Of a DNA stretch of 61,530 nucleotides, positions 26,201 through 48,832 are shown in pieces (the first letter of the stretch is position 1; every line of letters starts with the position of its first letter). The notes beneath the pieces are model-generated. The model made no database searches, was not told the origin of the DNA, and saw nothing but the letters and a program-made list of their open reading frames with translations. The translations under genes and the position numbers were made by a program. Location of the stretch: the NCBI RefSeq assembly GCF_001194135.2, contig NC_068998.1, positions 27,570,180-27,631,709 of the forward strand, in the 5' to 3' direction. Source of the DNA: Octopus bimaculoides. Lineage: Eukaryota.

Positions 26201-29200
26201 CTTAGATACATTAGAATTATTAAACTTTTGTGCCAGTAACTACCTTGTGCATCTTTTTGAGCTCCATGTGTCTAACACGCGTGGGCATGCCTACAAAGCC
26301 AGAAAACAGCACAGCTCCCATGACTTTCGGAAACATTTTTTCACACTCAGAGTTGCTGAAGCATGGAACAAACTACCTGCATCAGTTGTTAGTTGCCGAG
26401 ACATTGCAGCCTTTAAAACCTCCATGCTTCCTGAAATTCGCCAACACTACGCCTGATACCCCCCCCCCCATATGCATACACACATGTATATCATGACTCA
26501 TACACTGTTCACTTTCCTGACTTTTGTACATAATTCTATGTACTATACATGCACCTTTGATGAGTTGTAGTGCACCTGAACACTATACATAATAACTTCA
26601 TTATTATTATTATATTATTATTAAAATATTTGATAGAAACTTTTATATATGTTATATTTTTGTTTTAGCCTGAAGAGATTGTGACTGATAGTAATCAAAT
26701 TGTGATGCTTGACCGACAAACCCTTTACTGTATTCCAATCCCAGCTGAGACACAATGGGTGAAAAAAATATCCTTTACCATTGATCTACAATTTTATGAC
26801 CTAAATAACTTTTTCTGATTATTCTATAAATTCTATTCTTAGTAGTAAAAGTCTTTAATAACTGTCCTACCAGAATAAAACTGAATGTTTTTTTAATCTA
26901 ATTTGGTTCTGTAAAGACAGGTTTAGCCTAATACAGGTTCTGCTATTTATTGAAATGTTTCTGTTATATAGCTAATGCTGGAGGTTTGTAAATCTATATA
27001 GTTATTCAAACAACACAAATAACAAAATATGCACTTTTGATTTCTAAATCGCAAACCAACAACTTGTTTACATTCATTTTTCTCTAACAAAGTTATTAGT
27101 CCTTAATGACCCCCCCCCCCCACTACTTTGCTATATGACATTGCTTATTTTCGTCTTTACAAATTGTCCTTAGTGCTAACCTTATGGTTGTATAGAGTTT
27201 AATGTTGACAAGGATGGCTACTGTAAGTTTAGAGATATACTTTGACTAGGACCATTTTACTATCACAGTATTTTGACTTGTGATCAGAACTATAACCTGA
27301 CATTTCTGAAAATGGTTCTAAATAAGAAAAATAAAACAAAACATTGAAAATTATGTCACAAAGCTTGAGTGATTTCTCTAATTTCCCTGTGTGAATGCTT
27401 TTAGTACTTAACTCTTTCCAAGGATATGCTGAGAAGGAAAAAACAGTGTCTTCTGAACTTAGTGCTAGTGCTAGTGGATCCCTGAAGAGACCCCATGATG
27501 ATGTGGATGATACTGAAGATATGGAATGTACAAATCCACATGACACAGAAATGAATCCAGAAGACAAACGCAGCAGACAAAATATCTTTGAAGGTTTTAA
27601 ACTTTAATTTTTTTTATAGTCAAATTAGGAAGAGCTTTGTTAAATGATTTCTTTCTGAGTTAATAACGTATTTCTTTTTGGTTTTTTTTCTCAGGTCAGA
27701 CATCAACTACTTCTCCACTTGATTTGAACTTTCCTCTTCCAGGTGAGACTGGTCCTGCATGTTTAGTTAAGGTAAAGTTAAATATAATTTAAACATATTT
27801 TCCAAAGAATCATCAAGATTAGATTAGTAGGCCATTGTGTTATTGTAGAGCAGAAATGTAACTGTTTCAAGCAAAAGGATGCTATTGGTTATTTTATAAT
27901 TATGAAGATGCTGGGATTTAAGCAATAACAAAATAAGAAATTTGTAATTGTCTTTGTATGTATGTGTGTAAGAAAAAAAACATATTAAAATAGATTATCT
28001 TTCACATACTCTTTTTAAATCACTCTGTTGCCCTAATAAAATTCCTTACACATATGCATAAACATACATACACTCAGCGTGAGCAATATATGTGTACAGA
28101 CAGTGAGAGAGAGTGGTAAATATATATAGAGAGGGGAAAGTTTACAGTGAGAAAAGTGAAAAATGAAAGAGATAGACGAGAGAGATCTTTTCTATTGTCA
28201 CAGATTTTGAAATAATTTTCAAATTTAGTATATTGATGTACTTTTTCATGCTGAATTCGATTTTGTGATTCATTTATTCCTGAACAGTTTTAGAAAAACG
28301 GTAGAGAGGTTTAAAGTTTGATCTTTTACCCAATCTGAGAACAGAATTCGGAAGCTGGCATTTTTTGTGTGATAGCTGTCAATCATAAAATGAAAGTAAA
28401 CATTATAACAAAGTTTTAAAACAAAATGAAAGCAATTATGTAATGAAAAAAGAGAGATGGGGACAGAATGTGTGAGAAATAAAGTGTACAAAAAGAGTGA
28501 TAAAGAGTGTGGTAAATATATAAAGAGAGGGGAAAGCATAAGAGAGAAAATGTGATGGTGATATATAGAGATTGGGAGATTTGTCAATCTAAAAGTGGAG
28601 TTATTTCTCATAGAAAATTATATTTTTTGATTATCATTTACAGACAACTTCTTTGGGACACAGATTTAGAAAATCAAAATTCATGTTTTTTGAGGATGTA
28701 CCATTTCAGGGCCTTTTGGGGCTAAACACATATACATAACCACATACCCTCGCATTTATATAGATGTTTTTTTGAATGTCTTCAATTACTTGGTATGTAC
28801 ATACACACACACACACACACATACATATATAATTGTGTACATAAATAAAAAATTTAGAACAAGGAACAAAATTCCTTTCAATTTTAATTGGAAAAAAGAT
28901 ATTAGTTTTACTACTAGAGTGAATGAATAAAACTAATGTTTTATTTACATAATATAAATCTAATTATAATATTATATAAGTCCTTGCCTTCTTTGGTAAA
29001 TGACATAAAAATTTAATAGAGGGCATTAGCTCATAATGATAGTTAAATAAAGACAAATATTGAATAGAATAGAATGAGACAATAATACGGATTATAAACC
29101 ACTCAGCAAAATTAACTTTGTGTAAATGTGTGTGTGTGTTGCTTTTTTTCCCCTCAAAACATGATGGATCTTGTTAAATACAGTTGGGAGAGATTTGTTT

Positions 29201-32200
29201 TTTTGGTTTTCGAATGCTAGTAGAATTTGATGCTTACAACATTTTTGGTTACTTTTTCTTTACAACCTAATAAACTAAATATTTGCATTTTTTGTAGATT
29301 TATGACAAAGTTGATAGCTTGAAAGTAAATGATATGCTTGAAGTGATAGGTATATTATCTATAGACCCTTCCATGGTAGCTGATTCACCAGACTTGTAAG
29401 TCATTTGTTTGTTGTTGTTTTTTTACTTGTTGGGTTTTTTTTTTTTCCTTGGTGTTTTCTGACAGAAATTCTTTTGCTTTTCCATATAGATCTTTTAACT
29501 TCTCCCTTGCTGTATTTTAGCTCAGATGACATTGAAGAAGGAATGAATTCTACAGCTGTTGAACATTTACCACCACCATCTCTGGTTCCACGAATACATG
29601 CAGTGATTGTCAACAAAGTGGAGCATAACAATCCGTGGCTTACTAATTCTCTTGACAAAGACAGTCAAGAAAAAAGTTTGTATTTCTGTTTACTCTGACT
29701 TTCTCAATCAAAACCACTGTTAGTGTTTGTTAATATTATTAATGTTTGGTTAATCCTATTGTTTAATATCCTTACTGACTAATATTGTTTAGTACCATGT
29801 TAATTGGATCATTGTTTAAAATAACAAAAATAGATCAAAGCAGTTAACACAGTTTGTCATGGGGAACAGAGGCCCATTATTAAGTAATCTATGGTTTACT
29901 CTACTGTCTACTGCTTCATTAATAAGAAGACTAGAGTTTGCACCCATATCGTTCTTCTTTCTTCACGATGTTGCTGGACAATTTTAAATCTGTCTTAATT
30001 ATGTCAAACACAGCAATTTGCTTGACCCCTGTCTATCTTTTCAGTCTTCACAGGCCCACCTCATATGAGTAATATTGGTTTACACCAGCCTCAACAATTG
30101 ATAGCTCTTCATTCCCTCTTATTTCTTGACAGTTGAAGAAAAATAAAACCTAAACATGCTAGCTTTCTTTTCAGAAAGAAATAGAATCTATTAATAAGCA
30201 ACTTCAGAGTTCTTCTGAAATAATTTATATAAACACTAACATAATTTGTAACTTAGTATCTTTCTTTTGAAGCTTCAGACACAGAAACACTACTAATTTG
30301 AGGAGGAAAGTCTTGTTTTTTGCAGTTTACAAAACTGCTTTCCGATTGATAAGCAGAGTTCATGAAAGTTCACATCAGTATTTTTGTTCAACTATGAACT
30401 GCAGTTTGCCAATAGCTCTGTCTTTTTTTATATATCACATTAATATGCAACTGGTTTTCTGATTTAAAAAGAAAAAAGGGATCTATTTTAAAATGGGGGC
30501 CACATTTTTCATTAATGTTTTACGTAGTGTTTTTGGTACGGAAAGACTTTCAAACTTCGTATACTTATCTATTTTGTGTTATAGAACAGAAAAATATTTT
30601 TGTGTTCGAATTTATTTCATGTAAAAAATTATCTTATTTCGATAATTTCAACCAATCACTGACAAGTATTCAGTTGTTTACATTTACTCCTTTGGCTGAT
30701 TAAGCGATGTAAAGCGTATTTAATCTCCATACCTTCGTTTTATTTGCTTTAACTCTAACCCTAGGGTTAGGGTTAGGGTTAATTGTTTCAGAATCGTTTG
30801 TTTATGTAGTCGGCACTTAATGTATATCGGCTGAATGGACGTCAGTGATTGGTTGAAATTACAGAAATACGACAACTTTCACATGGAATAACTTATGGAT
30901 TTCTTTTTTTTTAAAGAAGACTAAAAGAAAAAAGATGTTTTATATGACACATTCTACCAGTGTTCCAAGTTTCAAAGTGTTTCGTTAATGAAAAATGTGG
31001 CCCCCGTTTTAAAAAAGATCCGAAAAAAGATAAATCATCCATTTTACAGTGGTTCATGTTTAAATTAAATCCTTGTCACAATTTTATGTTGAAAACTTTA
31101 ACTTGTTTCAAACTCCATTTTAATGAGAAGTTACTTCTCCAAGTTATTATTTAAAAAATAATTAATTAAAATACTTGGTTAGTGTATTTCATGAAATATC
31201 TGATTACTAAAGCATTGAATTTGGTCTAATCTTTGGGTCAGTGTTCATGTCCACATTAAGTGGATTCATTGTTTAATATTATATATAAAACATAATAAAT
31301 GAGTATTTGCATATATACGTACAGGTATGTGAATACCTATGTCTACCTGTATATATAGGTGCATACCTGGGTACAGGACATTGCAAACAAACGTAGACAA
31401 AAAAAAAAAAAATAATAACCAGAGTACAGAACACACACAGGCCACATAGAGAACATTTTCCTTCATCAGCTACCCCCATTCTAACACAGGCGTTTCGAAG
31501 AGTATATATATATATATATATAGCTTTTTGAAATTATTCTGGTATATTTTCTATAAATGTATTTTGTGTATATTACAAACTTATCATTTCCACTCTAATT
31601 GCATACAATCTTTTTTGTTAATGTTTATGGTCATCTAATGTTACATGTATTCTATTTAATATTGCTTGTTTTTCAGTTCTTGCAGAGGTTGGAGAAGATC
31701 TGAAGACACTCCGAAGACGTCTTTTGGAACTGTTGCAACAGGTGACACTTGGAGACAGTTTGGCTGCAGAATATCTCCTCTGTCATTTAACTTCCTCAGT
31801 GTATGTATGTCTCCACATAAGTCATATTCTCACCTTTATGGAATACTACTCTATCATTTGCTCTCCACAGAGTATGCATATGACCATACGAAACTTACCG
31901 ATCTCATTTAGCTCTTCAGTGTTTGTGTCAATGGAACAGTTCTCTTTCATTTACTCTGCACATAGTACGTAACCACACTGAACGCTTCTCTCTCATTTAC
32001 TTCCTTCAGTGTATTGCACTCTCAGTTGCCAGGAGCATGGTGTGTTCTTGAGCAAAACACTTCATTTCACATTACTCTAGTGCTTTATGGGGACTGGCAT
32101 GCCAAAGAATACACCCAACATTTCCTCCACATGTCATGAAAGCAACTAAAAGAGGTTGAGGTGGGATTTGTACTCCAGCCTCATAAAAACCCTTACCAGC

Positions 32201-34579
32201 AATGACTACCCAAACAGACCCATGGGCTGGAGGGTTGTCACCGCAGTAGGGAATCACCAACAAATGGTGGATGAAGCAACAAGCTGTCATTGCACATGCC
32301 CCCATACTACTACAAATGTATGCATGTTATTTTGAATTTTTTTTCTACTCCAAACTTTAAAATATAAAAACCCTGCTAAACTTTAAATTTCAGTTACTTT
32401 TCATCTGGCCTTCTTCCAATTGGTAAACTCTCTTTAAATCTGAGCCGAGTTCCCACATCTCTTGGATATGCCAAATTGCTGCACCAGTTTATTTCTTCCC
32501 TTGTTACCAAGGTAATTAGATCACATTAATTAATTGTAATTATTATTTTATGCCTGCTTTTCCATGCTTGCATGGGTCATTATGGTCTAAAATCTCATTT
32601 GGAGTTTACAGAAAATAATTTGCCATGGTGATTTTTGGAATTCTGGCTCTGTTGTTCAGTTTTTAACTTTTTAATGGTTTGAAATACCTTTATTTGTTAG
32701 TCATTTGACTGTGACTATGCTGGGGCACTGCCTTGAAGGGTTTTAGTCAAACAAAATCAATCCCTGGACTTATTTTATTAAGACTGGTACTTATTCTAGC
32801 AGTCTCTTTTGTCAAACTGCTAAGTTACAGAGACTCAAGTGGTAGTCGGGGATAAACATATATATGACAGGCTTCTTTCGGTTTCTTCTACCAAATTCAC
32901 TCTCAAGGCTTTGAGTCAACTTGAGGCTATAGAAAACAACACTTGCCCAAGGTGCTATGCAGTGGGATCGAAACTGGAACCATGTGGTAGGGAAGCAAAC
33001 TTATTACCATATAGCAGCATGTGTATTCTAGGTTTTAAAATAATTCTTCAAATGTAATCTATTTTCCAGTGTTACATGCTGCCACTGAGCCTGAATTATC
33101 TCAACGGCAAGCTGTTCAGCCCTCAGAAAGACTATTCCAAGAATCGTTTAAAGACCGGTGTATTACAAATGAGCAAACAGACTCATCTCATACTTGATGA
33201 AACACAACTAGAAGCTGGGCAGCTCAATGTTGAAGGTAGTTTTCAAGTTACTGTATTTCATTCCATTTTTGTCTTATTCTCTGAGTATATGCTATAACTC
33301 TTTTTTATATATTTTTCAGGTCATAAAAACATCAAAGCATTAGAAAATGTTATTCGCTTTCAGAAGATAGAGTATGATTTTGGCTTCTACCAACGAGAAT
33401 ATGAATCTAATATTGAAGTCCTTTGCATTTCTGAAGGAAAGTCTATTTTACCTGTAAGTAATCTATCTATCTTTCTCTCTGTAGAGGATGCAGACATTAA
33501 TGATTTTTCTCTTTCAATCAGCTAAAACAGGCTTGGCTGTATTGTTTAAGAAGTGTCTTCAGGCTCAATTCTATTGTGCAGCACCTTGGGCTATTTTGTA
33601 ACTCTCTTTGGCTGCCCAATGCCTTATGAGTGAATTTGGTACAAGGAAATTGTAAGCAGCCTCCATATAAGCTACAGTTTTAAAAACCAGTGAAAAAAAA
33701 ATCCCTTACTTAAAATAACATGTAAAGAGTATTGACAGGAAGAGCATCTAAAGTTTCGCCTCAAAATCAATTCCAAGCCATGCTAGTAGGGGGTGGGGTC
33801 ATTAAAATGAACATATAAGTGTAAGTTGTGTACTGGCCCTGACACCTATAATTACTTAATCTTGTGTTCATTTCTTTAGGCAGATGTTCATGTTCCACTT
33901 GACATTAGCATAAGATATGAAAACCTGGACAGTTATTTTTCTCATCTGAATAATGAACTGACTCCAAACCTGGTAAAAAAATTCCAAATCTACCTTGGTT
34001 TAGTGAAAAGAATGGAATATACTCTAGAGAAGGAATTTGAACAGGTAAGAAAATGATAGTTTACTCTTTAGCATTTAAACAGACCAAATTCAGCTCAAAT
34101 ATTCTACAGCTAACCTCTCACACCTAACTTACACTAACATTCTAAAAGTAAACAATCACATCATCAAAACAATCGGAATAGAAAAAAAGCATTGCATTTG
34201 TCAGAGTAATCTGAACACTAAAAAAGTTAACTTTCTTAGACACTTGAGGATTTAAATTAAATTTTGTGTTTTTCTATTTCCCTAGTTTGTTCAGAATGAT
34301 TTCATTAGTATGCGAAAAAATGACAGTAAAAGTATTACTGAAGATGGATTACATTCTTTGCTTAATCTTACACGGTATGTATATCTTTATAGTATTCTTG
34401 AAGAAATATTGTATGAATGTTTAGACTACTAATAAGTAATTTCTTCTCTTTTCAGACTTCTCACTATGAGTTGGGGCCTTCCTGGTCCAACAGCAGAAAT
34501 GTGGCAACGTGCCAAAGTTCTAGAAACTTCATGCAGAGAACGGGTACCACAGCAAACCCAAACACTTCAACCTCATTAG
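20292..34579 (+). CDS. MCMBP: Mini-chromosome maintenance complex-binding protein, whole-gene span: join(20292-20349,22836-22915,24322-24504,26669-26767,27422-27593,27695-27771,29298-29395,29521-29675,31677-31800,32394-32511,33070-33235,33320-33453,33880-34044,34286-34374,34456-34579), 1842 nt, 613 aa
   Basis: Translated exons contain MCMBP hallmark segments: [109 protein letters not shown]. Phases of all 14 introns are mutually consistent; 13 are GT-AG and one is U12-type. Confidence 0.97.
21104..21321. mobile_element. piggyBac-like MITE (TTAA CCC...GGG TTAA)
   Basis: ttaacccattagcactcaga...aatgccaaagggttaa; further copies at ~21598-21829, ~22366-22580 and ~34061-34230. Confidence 0.75.
21598..21829. 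mobile_element. piggyBac-like MITE copy (opposite orientation)
   Basis: Reverse-complement similarity to 21104-21321; ends ctaaagggttaa. Confidence 0.7.
22366..22580. mobile_element. piggyBac-like MITE copy
   Basis: ctttagcatttagattac...aatgctaaagggctaa. Confidence 0.7.
22836..22915 (+). CDS. MCMBP: MCMBP exon 2 ([27 protein letters not shown])
   Basis: ttcag| acceptor, |gtgag donor; phase 1 to 0 fits neighbours; matches ..EYFKEKL.. region. Confidence 0.85.
23040..23200 (+). mobile_element. SINE 5' part followed by (GT)n
   Basis: ggttgtgtggtaaga...gttcagtcccactgc head; (GT)n at ~23199-23229. Confidence 0.7.
24322..24504 (+). CDS. MCMBP: MCMBP exon 3
   Basis: [35 protein letters not shown]...YRDVAECK; tttag| and |gtgagt. 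Confidence 0.96.
25060..26620 (+). mobile_element. 5'-truncated CR1-group LINE RT in MCMBP intron 3, with (TAT)n tail
   Basis: [64 protein letters not shown]; tail attattattat near 26600. Confidence 0.9.
26669..26767 (+). CDS. MCMBP: MCMBP exon 4, followed by U12-type donor ATATCCTTT
   Basis: [33 protein letters not shown]; ttttag| acceptor; no in-frame GT donor fits, ATATCCTTT begins at 26768. Confidence 0.92.
26768..27421 (+). other. U12-type (minor spliceosome) intron 4 of MCMBP, predicted AT-AA termini
   Basis: 5' ATATCCTTT; branch-site-like TACTTAAC at 27405-27412 about 10 nt before the frame-preserving junction. Confidence 0.8.
27422..27593 (+). CDS. MCMBP: MCMBP exon 5 (5' boundary 27422 preferred; 27413 alternative)
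   Basis: [35 protein letters not shown]...IFEG; acidic KR-D-rich linker as in MCMBP; donor AAG|gtttta gives the phase 1 needed by exon 6. Confidence 0.8.
27695..27771 (+). CDS. MCMBP: MCMBP exon 6
   Basis: [26 protein letters not shown]; ctcag| and |gtaaag. Confidence 0.95.
29298..29395 (+). CDS. MCMBP: MCMBP exon 7
   Basis: [32 protein letters not shown]; tgtag| and |gtaagt. Confidence 0.94.
29521..29675 (+). CDS. MCMBP: MCMBP exon 8
   Basis: [39 protein letters not shown]...; tttag| and |gtttgt. Confidence 0.93.
30479..31021. mobile_element. Palindromic MITE with 8-bp TSD (GAAAAAAG), GG...CC termini and a central telomere-like inverted repeat
   Basis: ~40-bp TIRs ggatctattttaaaatgggggccacatttttcattaa / ttaatgaaaaatgtggcccccgttttaaaaaagatcc; TSD at 30471-78 and 31022-29. 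Confidence 0.85.
31677..31800 (+). CDS. MCMBP: MCMBP exon 9
   Basis: [41 protein letters not shown]; ttcag| and |gtatgt. Confidence 0.95.
32394..32511 (+). CDS. MCMBP: MCMBP exon 10
   Basis: [39 protein letters not shown]; ttcag| and |gtaatt. Confidence 0.92.
32688..33025 (-). mobile_element. tRNA-derived SINE in MCMBP intron 10
   Basis: Same family. Confidence 0.78.
33070..33235 (+). CDS. MCMBP: MCMBP exon 11
   Basis: [56 protein letters not shown]; tccag| and |gtagtt. Confidence 0.95.
33320..33453 (+). CDS. MCMBP: MCMBP exon 12
   Basis: [44 protein letters not shown]; ttcag| and |gtaagt. Confidence 0.95.
33880..34044 (+). CDS. MCMBP: MCMBP exon 13
   Basis: [10 protein letters not shown]...[23 protein letters not shown]; tttag| and |gtaaga. 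Confidence 0.94.
34286..34374 (+). CDS. MCMBP: MCMBP exon 14
   Basis: [30 protein letters not shown]; cctag| and |gtatgt. Confidence 0.94.
34456..34579 (+). CDS. MCMBP: MCMBP exon 15 (terminal coding exon, stop TAG 34577-34579)
   Basis: [40 protein letters not shown]; ttcag| acceptor. Confidence 0.92.
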
Positions 34580-34704
34580 AAATATTCTTAATAAACACAT
34601 TATTGCAATCTATTGTTGAGCTGTTTATATTTATTACTTAAAACATGGATAGAATCTAAAAGAAGAAAAAACCCAACAAACAACCTGGATAAAATGAACT
34701 AATG

Positions 34705-34724
34705 TTTATTTTGAAATGAATAAA
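34705..34724. terminator. Opposed polyadenylation signals: TTTATT (AATAAA on -, ILF2) at 34705-34710 and AATAAA (+, MCMBP) at 34719-34724
   Basis: Hexamers visible between the two stop codons; a second + AATAAA lies near 34588; actual usage is inferred. Confidence 0.45.
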
Positions 34725-35072
34725 ATGATGGTGGAATACTGATGAGTTTCTCAACTGCTAACTAGTTTAACACCAAAATGTCTGCAAAGAGAGAGAGAAA
34801 AAGTAAATCAGCATCTTTCAAATGATGTGACTGAAAGAGTAATAAATTATTTACATGTGACAAGTATATTAAACAAAAGGAAACTTTCACCACCTCTTGA
34901 AAAAAAAAAGTTAAACACAAAATTATACATAAGCACCAAGTCTCAAAATCTCTTCTGGTGTAAGAAAGAAATTGGGTTTCTCTTTAAAATGGCTATTTTA
35001 AAGTAAGCTGTCCTTCATAATTTCATAAAATGAAATTGGATAAAGAGATGAGCAAGAAGTTATTTACCTGAG

Positions 35073-48755
<13,683 letters not shown>

Positions 48756-48799
48756 TTTGTTCAGAGGAGAATTCTCAAATCAAAGAATTAAGCAGACCA

Positions 48800-48832
48800 A
48801 CGAAGATGGCGCTCGCGGCAGACTTCCTGTTA
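48800..48832. promoter_or_regulatory. ILF2 promoter/5'UTR motifs: YY1-like AAGATGGCG and ETS-like ACTTCCTG
   Basis: AAGATGGCG 48803-48811 and ACTTCCTG 48822-48829, ~50-75 nt upstream of the ILF2 ATG in a small CpG-rich patch. Confidence 0.5.

Noticed and set aside
30753-30780. TTAGGG/CTAACCC as a telomere or telomerase RNA template
   Set aside because: Only ~3 units, lying at the symmetry centre of a MITE.
31440-31505. Minus-strand GAAAC...CTGATGA in another repeat: possible type II hammerhead
   Set aside because: Both core motifs are present (31493-96 and 31463-69), but no stem I can be drawn and no good NUH triplet is positioned correctly.
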